DNA of 64,000 nt from Balamuthia mandrillaris (lineage: Eukaryota). The DNA lies in the NCBI GenBank assembly GCA_031835245.2, contig JAVKOQ020000009.1, positions 372,001-436,000 of the forward strand, given 5' to 3'. Position 1 is the first letter of the stretch. Each line of letters starts with the position of its first letter. This document shows, piece after piece, positions 48,632-62,383 of the stretch. The notes beneath the pieces were generated by a model. That model had not been told where the DNA came from, searched no databases, and saw only the letters and a list, made by a program, of their open reading frames with translations. Position numbers and translations under genes: made by a program.

Positions 48632-50767
48632 ATGTCTGAACGTGGACCCCCTCCTCCACTTCCCCCTAGAGACAGCAGAGGTAGCGGAGGTAAGAGTTCT
48701 TTCTCCAGTTTGATTGCCAAGTTGTCCGACCCTATGCTAACACGGTTTATTGTTGGCCGAAGAAGTTCCGGCCACAACAGCCAAGGCAGGTTCTCACGCG
48801 TCCTACTACGTTGCCAGCGACCGAAAGTCGGCTCTTACTGACAAAGCCTTCAAAAAAGCATGTAGCAGCTACTCAGACATAAGCAGGCTACAAAATTTGC
48901 CAGAGCAACTGACACCACTAAGAAGCGCCTCCCTCGGCGGGGACAGCGTGAACCCCTTGCAAGAACCGTCTGAAAAAGCAGAGCGGATGAGACAAGAATC
49001 AATCAAAGAACTGGTTAACACGGAAGGTGACTACGTTAGAGACTTGGAAATCATGATTGAGGTTTGTTACAAATCTGAGGGCCTCTTTTGTTGTTTCTCA
49101 ATGGGGCAAGAGTGGCATTTGCTAAGGCAAATGTTCTTGTGAAGGTATTCTACCGGCCGCTGCAGGAAAAAAATTTGCTATCCCGACAAGAGTTGAGCAC
49201 GCTGTTTTCCAACGCTGAGGCCATTGTCGGTGTCAGCCAAGAGATCTTGAAGCACCTAGAAAAGAACGTTGGAACCGATGGCTCTTATTTGGTGGGCAAA
49301 ACCTTTCTAGAACTGGTTGAATTTATTAAGATGTACACCGTTTACTGTGGCAACCAACCCGTCGCGCTTTCTACGCTTGATAAGTGCAAGGCGAGTAATA
49401 CCGCATTTGCTGCGTTTCTAAATGTACGTCGTGAAACTTTTCAATGCACAACTTAAGTTAGTGTGATGCTTATGGTTTTTTCTTTTTGTCTTTATTCTTT
49501 TTGTCACAGGAATGTATGAGCGACCCGCGGTGTCGAGGTCTGAATCTATTCAGTTTTTTGATAAAGCCCATTCAGCGTGTCTGTAAATATCCTCTTTTGC
49601 TCAAGGTATATTTTCGTTCAAGTTTTGTTCATTTGTTAAAATGGATGGTGTCGCATAGCATCTTTATTCTTCCTTTATTTTATTGTTTGGTTTTCTTCCT
49701 CGTCTAGTTCCTGTTGCTTTCTTGTTTGTTTAATTTCTCTTCTTCCCTGCAGGAATTATTGAAGCACACACCCGAGAGCCATGAGGACTACGCAGACCTA
49801 GTGGAAGCCATGACTCAGGTAACTAATGTGGTAGAGCATGTTAACGAATTCAAGCGGAAGGCAGAGAACGACCAAAAAATTATTGAACTCCAGAGCGCCA
49901 TAGAGGGCGGGCAGGTACGCAATTCTCCTTTTGCAAGCACAATTGTTATCGTTTTGCAAAAGCTTTTGGATTCCTATGGAATAATCTTGAACTAAAAAAA
50001 CAGAGTCTTGGTTTGGTTACGCCAACTCGAAGACTCTTACGAGAAGAATCTCTGGAAGTAATCTTCAAGAAGGGAAAACGGCAAAGTCGTAAATGTGTAC
50101 TTTTTAATGATATGCTGCTATGCTTAAAGGAAAGGCGCAGTGGCGGGTATGAAAGCCCCAACTTTGTACAATTGCAAAACATCAAGTTTACGGATGTATC
50201 AGACATGAAAGGTATTGTATCTGCTTGTTTTTCGGCATTTGAGACACTAACCCTTGATCTTACAGACATAAAAAACGCTATTGAGCTGCTGGAGGAGAAG
50301 AACAAGATGATGCTCCTTTTTCCATCATCGGAGATGAAGAATGAATGGGCGGGTGATATAAAAGCCATTGTCAAGTTTTACATGAGAAGAAAGTTTTTGG
50401 AAAGCCAAGGCAAGTCTGGTGAGTTGCCTTTCCACAATCTATTGCCAAGGCCAGCCCCCACATCTAATCATCAACCCATTCTCTCTCTCTCTCTCTCTCT
50501 CTGTTGAATTGTAACACAGGAGCGGATCTTCCATTAGCCTACAGCCCCAATTCTCCACGGTTAGAGAGGGGGTCGAGCTCACGCGATTTAAGTCCCCGAC
50601 GGGAAGTGGTGAGCCTTTCTCCTCTTAAGAAGGGTTCCGATATTGTGAAGAGTTCCTCGCGGCCTGCAACAATGGGTCCTACCCAACGGCGCCCCACCAC
50701 AACCACCACCGAACCTCCCCCTCCTCCCTCTGTCGGCTCCAAGCCAAAGACCATTACCAAGGATTGA
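48632..50767 (+). CDS. Dbl-family RhoGEF (DH-PH)
   Basis: [61 protein letters not shown]; PH-like RKCVLFNDMLL...EMKNEW; proline-rich termini. Confidence 0.93.
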
Positions 50768-50931
50768 TTTCAGTTTTTATCTATTCCAATTTTTCCAAGT
50801 TAAGTTATTGCCAGAAACGTGTTTCATTCTACCCCTTCCTTCTCCCCCTTCCTCCTTCCCGCTCTATGGCTTCTTTAACGAAGCAAGTTGCTCAGAATTA
50901 TTTGAGACGATAATCATAATGTCTCAAAATA

Positions 50932-52787
50932 TTAGTGAGTAAAAAGCACATCCAGTTGCATGGCAGACGTTAGAGAATCGCGGACAAGCCAGCCTTGCGC
51001 CATGAAGAACAGCAACGTCAAGCAATAATAAAAGTTCGCGTTGCCTGTGTTTTGATGGATCCAGGCATGCCAAAGGAGGGGCGCCAACACGTTGCTGAAC
51101 ACTAGCACGTGTGCCACGTACACACTCCACTTGTTCTCTGGTCATAGGCGGTGAAAGTTAGTCACCTACCAAACACGTCTCTCGCGCCACATTCATTCGT
51201 CTTATCCACCCCAACAAAACATCAGAACATACCAAGCACCACTGCAGTGAACAATGGCAGAATGCTAAGATAAAGAGCTGATGGATTAAAAATCACACAA
51301 GTGAGTAACCTCACAATATCGGACCCTTCTTGCGAGGAGATAGGCTTACCTGTATCACCCACTGTTGGGTATGACTTTAAAATGGCGTAAGGGCCATTAT
51401 CAACCAGCACAAAAACAGTGGATATTTTCTGCATGTTGAGTATTTCAGTTGAGTATCACTACAAAATGTAATTATCACAAACAAGGAGTGAAAGGAGGGG
51501 TGATAAACCATACCTGAGGGTAATAGCCAGTGGAGGTATATACAGGAATAGATGGTACTGAAAGAGGAATGTGAAGAAAAGGCGGAAGTGAGTAAAGACC
51601 TCCGTAAAGTAGTACCAGAATAGACCAATGTTGGGTGTGAGGTCTGGAGCCCACAAGATAAACCCGTAAACTTCCTCAAAAAACGCCCAAGACTGAAGAT
51701 AGAGATAGGAAAGCCCAAACAAAGCGCCAAGCCACACGCAGAAGAACAGAATGCTGCCAATCCACAGCAGCAAGAAAACGCCTTTGGATTTTGTGTTAAC
51801 ACTGGCCTGTAACAGCATTAACAACGGAATAAGCAATGCCACAGGATAGAAGCTCAAGTAAGTGGCCAGCGCCAATGCAAAGGTACATAATCCCACGTTG
51901 CCTGCACCATTCAAACAGTAGAAGAGGGCGACATTCAGAGGACAAGAACGAGATGATAAGAACAAAAAAGAAATGGCAAGAAGAGGGAGGAGAAGGAAGA
52001 ATCACCTAGCATAGCAAAGTATAGAGAAGCCACCACGGCAAGGTTGTTGAAGAGGAGGAGAGAGCCAGAAACACAGGAGGCAATCGTCCATGGGTTCAGC
52101 AGGTAACACATTGCAACGAACTCTGGCAAGTATTGGTTGAGGAAAAGACTTTTGAGCTCCTCCTGCTCCTCCTCACACGTGACAGCGGTAGTAGCAGTTG
52201 AGAAGGGGCTGTCTTTGAAAGCCAAAACAGAGGGAAGAGAAGGAAAGGTTGGCCGCTTGGCATGCTCGTGGGCTATGTTGCGCAGCAAGATGGCGATGAG
52301 GACGTCCACTGCCACGAAACACAGGAGGAGAACCAAGTGGGAGGGTCGGGCGTTGTCATTTGCTTGATGCTGCAAGAGTGTTTGTTCCAAGGAGAGCAAA
52401 CCCTTCACGAATGGTAGCAACAGAGGGGCTTGGTGGTAGACATCTCCGTGGTAGGGCGACTGGTTCAGTGCTTCCAGTGCCAACCCTTCCTTCACTAGGA
52501 CCGCCATCAGACACTTGAACATCAAAAAATCAGGGAGAGAGAGGCAAATACAAACATCTCTTCAGTCCAGTCACTGGGGTGGAGATCTCCACCCTGCTCC
52601 CCAACCATGGCGAAAAGTCCCATGCTATCAACAACCACCGTATGAACACTGCCAACAGCACCGTGCTGAGGAAAAGGCCCACGTTCCTTGGTCTTGTTTT
52701 CGGGGGTAAAGGTTCAGAGCCAGCAGGAGCCGCAGCCCTGCCAACAACCGCCTTCTGCTTCCCTTCCTCAGCTTTCTTCTTCATCAT
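50932..52787 (-). CDS. PIGU: GPI transamidase subunit PIG-U/Gab1
   Basis: RVEISTPVTGLKRLKEG, SPYHGDVYHQAPL, YLLNPWTIASC, DLTPNIGLFWYYFTEVF, KSYPTVGD, GNANFYY. Confidence 0.95.
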
Positions 52788-53087
52788 TTGCACAAGCCCC
52801 CTCCCTCCCCGCAACAACAACAACAACAACAACAACAAGCTTTCCCTTTCTCCTTTGCTCCTGTTGCTTTTGCCCTAAGACATTGGTTCATGTCGACAGG
52901 ATCCCCCCCCAAAAAAAAAACCAACACACACCAGCAAAGCAGGAGAGAAGAGACGTGTCTACCCCACCCCCCCCCCCACCCCACCCCCACCCCCCACCCA
53001 CGCAAACAACAATAGGGAGTGCAGCAGCTGCACGCAGCAACAACACACCGAGAGAACACCCGGAGGACTCAGCCACAGTGATACAAG

Positions 53088-53868
<781 letters not shown>

Positions 53869-54568
53869 AGTAACGGAAAACACTCAATAGCTTCCATGCG
53901 TATGACAGCTTCCCGCCTTAAAGCAACATGAAGCTTCTAGTACAGTCTAAAAAGCACTCATTGATAGAACAGTTGATGCTTTCCTTGTGGGCGTTTTCGT
54001 TTGGTGGTACCACAAAGGAGCAATGAAGGTTTACTGGTGTACACGGTTGGGCAGAGATGGAGTGGTGTGGTTCTCGCGAAGATAGGCGAGTTTGTACGGT
54101 GGATAACAAAGACGGTCGTAGATATCTTTCTGGCCCTTCAGCTCCGAGTACGTTCCTTCTAAGTCAAGCTCATGGAACGTTTGCGAGGGTTTGGCGCGGA
54201 GCAGCAACTTCCGAACCTGCTTTGTTCGCTGTTGAGCACTTGAACAAGACAGGACCGTTCTTGGCGGCGAACACTTGCTTTGCGGCCGCCATCACTGCAT
54301 TTGCCGAATGGGCTGGCGCGGAGTGTCGTGCGTTTTCGCGAGCACGATGAGGAGGGTAAACGGTGCGCACCATTGAAAAGCGCTCTCGTTTGGGGCTGGG
54401 TGCTTTGGGCTTTGTTGTTTTATGGTCTGTCCCATCATCATCATCATCACCATCGTATCATCGTCATTTGGGCCTCAGCGGCAAGCATCATCATCGGTGA
54501 GACCACAAAACAAACGAGGAGGAGGAGGAGGAGTGCAGCAGCAGCAGCAGCAGCAGCAGCTAACAAAA

Positions 54569-54903
54569 ATGTCGGATGATGGTGGCGGCGGCGGCCTGCT
54601 GGATAATAGAGCGCAAAGCAGTGGCGGCGGCGGTGGTGGGGAGGGCGAGGCACAGGAGCGGTGGCGAGGCAGCAAGGCGGAAACAGCATTTGCAGGGAGC
54701 ACACTGCGGGAGGTATCGCTGGTGCAGTACCTTTGCTTCCGCTGGAAGCACCGCACCTATCGCAAGGGCATATGCCTCGGCGACGTGGACAACGACGGGC
54801 ACAACGAGTTGGTGCTGGGCAGCCTTGGTGGCGTATTGCTCATTTGGAAGGGGGACAACCCACGCCCTTGGAAGACCTGCGAAGGACTTGGCACTGTACC
54901 TTC

Positions 54904-54952
<49 letters not shown>

Positions 54953-56730
54953 TCAGCATAACCTTAAGTTGTGATGATCACTGCAGATTGGTTGCTTGGC
55001 TGTGGGAGACCTTTACAACCAACACAAGGTAGGCGATCACTTCACTCCCCCATGGAACGAATGCGGTCGGCTCACGTGCTCTCCGTGTGATCTCCATCAT
55101 TTGTTAGAATGTGTTAGTGGCAACCACCTTCGAAGGCCAACTTCACGTGTTTGAGCTGGAGGAGGAGGAAAGAGTGGCCATCACTCCTACCGCTACCCAC
55201 GCCATACCCCCTAACGTTTGCTGTGTGTTGGTCGTTAGTGTAGGTTTGTAGGCACACTTTCTTCTCCTTCTTTCCTCCTCCCTTGTTCTCGCATGGTATG
55301 TTTTGCATATATGGACTAACCGACCGGCCAAGCAGGCAAAGGAGAGGACAGAAAAGTGGAGCTATTGGTGGGCACAACGGATCGCCACGTCTACCGGTTA
55401 GAGCTGTGCTACGACCCACTCCTCTTTCCGCTGAAAAAGTCATCAAGGCTGAACTTAAAAGCGGACTGGCATTTTTCTCAGCAAGTGTCATCACTAGGCT
55501 TGGCTTCCGTTGGAGGAAGCCAAGGAACTGAGCAGGAGGAGGGAGAAGAAGACCGAGGCTGCCGTTGTAGTGGGCCTAGAAGGCGGTTGCTTTGAGGTGC
55601 TGCTTCTGAGCTCTCAACAACAGCCTCAATCCTTGTTTCAACCACAGCGGGTGTTGGGCAGCAAGCACATGTCCTTTTGTGATGGGGATGGTGCCGGTGA
55701 TAGTGCTCTGTCCCAATCTCTGCATCATCGCCATCACTACCAGAGCTTCGTACCGACCGAAGTTCTGTGCCCTGTTGTTAGTGTTACGCCAAGCATGGGT
55801 TCATCACTATGTGTACTAACGGCCACTCATGGTTTGTAACACATTCTGAACACATTCTCTGTATCTGTCGCTAACCCTGTATCATTGCAGCCAAGATATC
55901 ATTACAAGAGCTTCGTCCAAAAGAACGGGCAACCAATAACAATTCCTCTTCTGTCGATGGCAGCAGTACTGATAGCGGAGTTGGCAGTTGTAGCAAGATA
56001 AGTCGAAGTGATTGTGCCTTTGCAGCAAGTCCGATGTGGGACCTGCCTCTTACCGACCAAATATTTGCAGTTGGGTGCGTTGACCTGTTGGGCAATGCCT
56101 CCTCTCCTCCCGTCTCCACCATCACTGCTTCTCTGGTTACCTCACAGGACAAGCATGCTGGTGAAATGAGAGGAAAGAACAGGGACCAACCGTTTGTGTT
56201 ATGTTCGTGGTCAGGGACAACTTACATATGTCATTATGCCAGCCGCCGCATCGCCAGGTTTCACCTGCCATCAGCCTCTGGCGCTACTGGCGTTCACGCC
56301 TTCTGTTGCGGTGTGTTCATCTCTCCTCCCTTGGTCATGCCAACTTGCCATTTTTATGTTTTGTTTACTGAATGATGAACTATAGGAAAGTACTCGGTGG
56401 AGGCTGGCAAAAGCACAAACTGTCTCGTCTATGTAACATTGGAGGGCGAAGTGCGCATCTATTATGATATCAAGTTGCGTTCTCTCTTCTGCCATAGTCT
56501 TGCTTCACTGCTCCCTCGCGGCGATCTCAACCCGTTTGCCTTTCTGCTGAGTACGTGTATCACTTTGTTCAACAATTGTTAAACTAACCTCAACTCAAAA
56601 AAAAAAAAAAATGAAAGGTGGTCGAGATGATGCAACCGAACAAAGGAGTCTCGTCTCATCTTGTCTCTATGACTACCCAAAGCAGCTCCACCTTGAGCGC
56701 TACAAAGACTTCCTCAGCAAGCAATCATAG
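54569..56730 (+). CDS. ITFG2: ITFG2 (KICSTOR subunit, FG-GAP beta-propeller); one apparent frameshift near 55541
   Basis: LREVSLVQ, ICLGDVDNDGHNELVLG, PRPWKTC, IGCLAVGDLYNQHKNVLVA, ELLVGTTDRHVY, CSWSGTTYI, AFCCGKY, CLVYVTLEGEVRIY parallel ITFG2 as recalled. Confidence 0.85.
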
Positions 56731-57332
56731 GATGGGCTGCATTCACTTAGAGCATTAGTTTAAGCTTTTCTTGGTCTTGATTGCAACTCGCTCAGCAATT
56801 AGGCCATCACATGGAATAACCACGAAAGTCTTCTATATTCTTCCATTTTTTTGAACTGCACAGCGAAGTACCGCCCGTGATCCTTCACGCCACTATCTTA
56901 GCGTTCTTGCTTCGCAGCCTCTCCATTGGTTTGTTAATTTGATGCAAGAGGCGATCCTTTGGACGCAACACCGCTTGCAAGAACCACCCTCCGATGACTG
57001 TCATGAATGGCAACTGGGGTATGGTGACGAGAGGGATAAAGAAGTAGCCACGGCGTAGAGTGAGGACCTTCCTGGAGGAATGGCCCCCATTGGAATGGGA
57101 CTATGGGCAGAAGGGTTTGTCGAGGACGGAAGGTGGGGAATAGGGAAGGTGTGAGGGGGTTGGGGGCGGCGAACGCGCGCCCAGCTTGTTGCCCGCAGAG
57201 GCCCCCATTGGAATGTTGGTGGGGTTTCTGCCCGGCACCCCATGGGGCCAACAAGCAGGGCGCGCGTTCGGGGGGCCCCCCAACCATTATTGTTATCGAA
57301 AAAGAACTACTACTGGAACAACTTCGATCAGA

Positions 57333-59762
57333 ATGCAGCAGCTCTTACGACCGGCGGCGGCGGCACCTCCCCCAACCCGCCCTTTTACTTCTGTGGTATT
57401 TCCAGTAGCTACTGCGACGGGAGGCAGCACTTGTCATTGGAGGTGGCTGCCTCACTGCCCCTCCTCCTCTTTTGCTACGGCAAGCACCGCATGTAACCAG
57501 ACGGTTGCCACCGACAATAAGGAAGGACAGCTGCCCTGCAGGCTTCCACGGCTGCCCTTTGTGGTGGCTCAAAGCCAAGGACGCGCCCCGTTCATGTTGA
57601 TGGAGGTGGAGGGAGTTGGCCCTTTACTCCCTGCCTTCCTTGCCTCGGAAAAAGATCCTTCCTCCTCTTCACTGCTTCACTCTCTGCAAAGAGGGTTCAC
57701 TTCCTCCAATCCAGCCACCACAACCACCTCCACCACAGACAGGCTATCTTTGGAGCTATTGTCGGTGGGAGACAACACCTCGGCGTATTCTCTCTACCGG
57801 CGCATCCAGAGTAGCCCTTCCCTTCAGGCACACATGTCCTATCTCACTGCTGGTCCCTCTTCTTCCTCTGCAACTGCCATTGGAAAGAGTGGTGTGGATG
57901 GAAGGAAGGCCAGTGAGGGCAAACACACTGCCGATGAAGGGTATGGTGTGTACGAGGGGACCTACCACAACCTCCTCGCTGTTCATTCTGCGCTAAAACG
58001 GCTTTGCGACCGCAAAATAGAGCGACACATGCGCACTCTTCTTCGTCGGCAAAAGGCAGAGGAGCAGCGTCGCTTGAGAGAAGGAGAAGAACCAAGGTTA
58101 GAAGCAGACAGTTGATCTTTGTTTCACTTTATTTCTTTTATTTATTCACTTGTCTTCTCATTTTGCAGCCCTGCCTTCAGCGCAGATTCCCTCCATCACA
58201 AGGAAAACAACTACAGAGAGCTCTACCTGCAGCAGCAACGCTTGTTGTGGGAACGCAGCCTCATACTCAACAGGTTGCTAGTGATAAGCGATCCAGATGG
58301 GACCACACTTCGTCGCGTGCGAAAGGCTCCCAATCTAAACCCACAACACTCGCCCCTAGCTAGATCGATTGCTGCTGCTGAGGGTCGTCTTGCTGTCCCT
58401 CATCCACACGCCGATGTTGACAGTAAACAAGAGAAGGACAGGGCAGACCAAAAGCAGGACAGCAAGAGCAAACCACGCGAGGAGAGGAGCTACGTGTATG
58501 GAGCATTGGTCGGCTTAGGCGACTTTATGGCAATGAAGGCGGTTGAGCAGTACGAGACGAAAGGGATGGGGGTGAATTTGCAACCGACAAAAACACGACC
58601 CAGCAGCATATTTTCAGAACACAGCCTACACCTCTATGGTCGCTATGGCGTGTATCCACCCACTAGAAGCGACTATGTTCAACTGTTTTTGAGAGCTTTG
58701 CTGCAAGAGCGAGTAGAGGGCGCTGAAGAGACAGGTTGGCAGACGCGTCTTTCCCTTCGCATCACCGCATACTCGCAAAAACTTTCATTTGTGGGTTTAC
58801 TCACCTGTGTGACTTTTAATCCATCAGGTTGGCAGTACTTTGAATACCGAACGACGGATGAAACAGAACATGGGGTTCAAGCGTCTTTCCCTTCGCATTC
58901 TGCATCTTCGCCACAACCAACAAAGGTGTCTCTGCTTCCCATGACCGCTCGCAACGCCAGAAGAGTGAAACGATTGAACCTTTCCAAACTTTCTACTGCA
59001 GCGTTGGATGTGGGCACTGGTTCTGGCATTCTTGCATTCCTGCTCAAAATATATGGAGGGGTGCCCACGGTCATCGGCACCGACATCAACAAGGAGGCTG
59101 TGCTTTGTGCTTCTGCTAATGCTCGCCATCTTCAACTACGAAACATCTTCTTTGAGTACTGCGACATATTTCCTGTATCCAACGGTGCTGACCATAATCG
59201 CTACGACTTTGTGGTGTGTAATCCACCGTGGATGCCACCCTTATCACTTTATGACGAGGGCAATCCAAATAACAACGGCGTCGACAGTCCCTCAACTTAT
59301 TCGTCATTTCCATTGTTGCGGAGAAGCGTATTCGATGAAGGCGATTCCAACATGGTGGACAAGCTGTTTGAAGGCATGGCTCGGCATCTCGCCCCAGAGG
59401 GCCGCGTCTGGTTGCTGTACTCCAACCTTGCATGCAAGCTCGGTCTCCTCCAAGTGAAAGACGAAGACAAGACAGAAGAGAGTGCAACAAGTTCGCTCTT
59501 TGCAGCACGTGCCAGAAGCAAGGTACGAGGCATGGAGAAGTTGGACCGGTATGTGCAGGCCCTCTGCCAACGCAACGGCCTTTGCATCATTCGGCGTATG
59601 GTTGCTCCTACCTCCGTCAAACCAAAACCAGGAGATCCGTTGCGGGACGTTCGCGCCTCTGAGAAGATTTTCTTGTTTGATATATGCAGAGCAGATGCCT
59701 ATCCCTCCCTTTTCGTTTCTACCGCCACACCACAACCACACATAAAAAATAATAAAAAATAA
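57333..59762 (+). CDS. Class I SAM-dependent methyltransferase, NPPW amino-MTase type (MTS/HemK-like), with probable mitochondrial presequence
   Basis: LDVGTGSGILA, GTDIN, VVCNPPW, HLAPEGRVWL. Intron 58097-58168 and probable intron 58735-58827. The N-terminus lacks acidic residues and is Arg/Ser/Ala-rich. Confidence 0.85.
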
Positions 59763-59864
59763 AAAATAATAAAATAATAAAATAATAAAAAACAATAAAA
59801 AATAATAAAATAGAGAGAGAGAGAGAGAATGAACAAAAAAATGTGATGTAAATAACAACAATGT

Positions 59865-61048
59865 TCACTTCATGGTAACAAGTTCCTCGGCAGCGGTAGG
59901 GTGGATAGCGACGGTTTGGTCAAGATCCCGTTTCCTGGCCCCCATCTTGACAGCAACAGCAAAGCCTTGCAGCATTTCGTCAGCGCCAAGACCCAAAATA
60001 TGAATACCAACCACCTTCTCCTCCTCTCCCACGCAGATGAGCTTCATGCACGTCTTGACCTTCTGCTCAGGCGGCATGACTGAATAATAGAGGTTCACAA
60101 AGGAAGTGGAGTAGACCTTGAGGTTCTCCTGTCCATATTGTTTGACGGCCTCCTCCTCAGTGAGACCCACTGTGCCAATGGGTGGATGACTGAAGACCAC
60201 GCTTGGTATGTTGGTATAATCAAGCTTGCTATCTGCCTTATTATTGAAGAGACGCTCTGACAACAACCTGCATGCAATAAATATGAGGTAATGAACAAGA
60301 GGTCATAACCTAAATGAGAGAAAGGAACGCACCGGCCAGCAGCAATGGCCACAGGCGTAAGTAAGACGTTGCCACATACATCACCAAGCGCATAGTGGTT
60401 TGGCACGTTTGTGTTTTGGTACTCATCCACCTTGATGAAATTATGCTGGGTGGTCTCAATGCCGGCTGCCTCAAGATTCAAGTTGCTGACCGCAGGTGTA
60501 CGACCAACTGCCCACAACAGACAATCAAAGCCACCGTGCTTCTCTCCTATTTGTTGCGACAACCAGAAGAATTATTACGGGACCAGTGCTTTGGGAATGG
60601 AGAGAATTTGATGGTACAGTACCATCCGTGTTTCCTAATTGCACCAGTCCATCCTCGCCTTTGTCAACAGCTTTGGTGGTCCAATTTTTCACGATCGCAA
60701 CGCCAGCCTTTTGCATTTCCTCCATGAGAGTGTCCCTGAGAATGGCATCGAAGGTGCGCAAGAATTGTTGATGCCTGATAAAGAGCGTGACTTTGGTGCC
60801 GAGAGCGTTGAGAATACCAGCCAATTCTACTGCGATATATCCAGCACCCACTACTGCCGCTTTCTTTGGCAGCTGCTCCAACTCAAAGAAGCCATCGCTG
60901 GTAATGCCCAGCTCAGCTCCCTCAACATTGGGCACGGTAGGATAACCTCCAGTTGCTATCAGTATGTGCTTTCCGGTCAAGACTTTACCGCCAACTTCCA
61001 CTTGGTGAGGCGCTACAAACTAGTTTACATAAATGACCATTCAGAAGA

Positions 61049-61084
<36 letters not shown>

Positions 61085-62015
61085 CGATCTGTTCATGTAA
61101 AGACGGAAAAGAAAGGTGAATGCTAGCATGTTGTATGACAACGTACCTTGGCCTCGCCGCGGAACACGGGAATACCTGCATTGGTAAGGTTTCTGTCGTA
61201 GATACCATTGAGCTTCAAGACGTGGGCGTCCCTCGCCTTCTTCAGCGTGGGCCAGTCAAAAGAGTAAGATGAGATGTTGAAGCCATAGTGAGCGGCCTCG
61301 TGAAGGGACTCGGCGTGTACCGCGGTGTTGAACATGATCTTCTTCGGCACGCAGCCCACGTTCACGCAGGTTCCGCCCAAGCGAGCCTTTTCAATGATGG
61401 CCACCTTGGCGCCATACTGGGCCGCTCTACGACCGGACCCAAGACCCCCTGTGGTTGTTTAACATAAACGAAGGATGCGACCGTCGCCAAGGCCAATCTT
61501 CATTGAGCAAAATAAAAGGAGGAAAAGAAGAAAAGAAGAAACGGCTGCGATCAAAATGAAATAAAAGCTGTGATGCGTGTGCGTACCACTGCCCGCTCCG
61601 ATGACCAAATAATCAAATTCCGTCTCCTCGGTGGGAGAGGTGGCTGTAGGTACAGGCTGCTCCATTGTATTACTGTGACGTTTATTTGTTTAGATGAAAC
61701 GCAGTGTTACTATTTTTTTTTTTTTTTCGTTAACGAAGAGAGGGGAAAATAGTATCCGCAGAAGAAGAATTTGGGCAAAAAGCAAAAATAGGTTGCACAC
61801 ACACAAAGGGACAACAAAAAAAAGGAATAAAATGGTGCTTACGGTAAGATGGACTTCTCAGTAATCTTTCTCTCTCTCTCTTTTGTTGTTGGTGAAATAA
61901 GAAAAAGGAGGAAAAGGGAAAATGAAAGATTTCAAATTTTTGTAGCAATAATCCGACAAACAGCAAAAATTACGATAATCAAAGAAATTGACGAAAGAAA
62001 GGACAAAAGAGGTGC

Positions 62016-62051
<36 letters not shown>

Positions 62052-62383
62052 ACGTACCTGCTGCTGCTGCTCGTTGAGCTGTAGCTTCTCATTATCATAA
62101 AGGCCGTCTTGTTGGTGTCGGTCAGCGAGCATGACCAACGACGCAGCGTTGTTGCGGCCGTGCAGCGCACAAAACAAAAAAGGGGTGGCGTGGTGGTTCT
62201 TGTGGCTGTGTGGGCAATGGCCTTGGAGGAGGCCAGCAGGGAGGCCTGCTGACGGCCTGCAACAGAGAGGGCATGGAAGCAAGAACGTCTTGCCAACGTA
62301 GCACCGCCGTTTTGGCCAAGCGCAATACGCGTGGTAGTGGCGCCTCCCAAGCGACGGCCCCCACAGGATAACCCCTGATGCAT
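59865..62383 (-). CDS. GSR: Glutathione reductase with upstream presequence exon (second in-frame ATG at 61665)
   Basis: [63 protein letters not shown]. Exon 62058-62383 splices in frame. Confidence 0.95.

Noticed and set aside
54057..54400. 97-aa ORF and short hairpins upstream of ITFG2
   Set aside because: No homology cues; 6-7 bp stems are expected by chance in GC-rich DNA.
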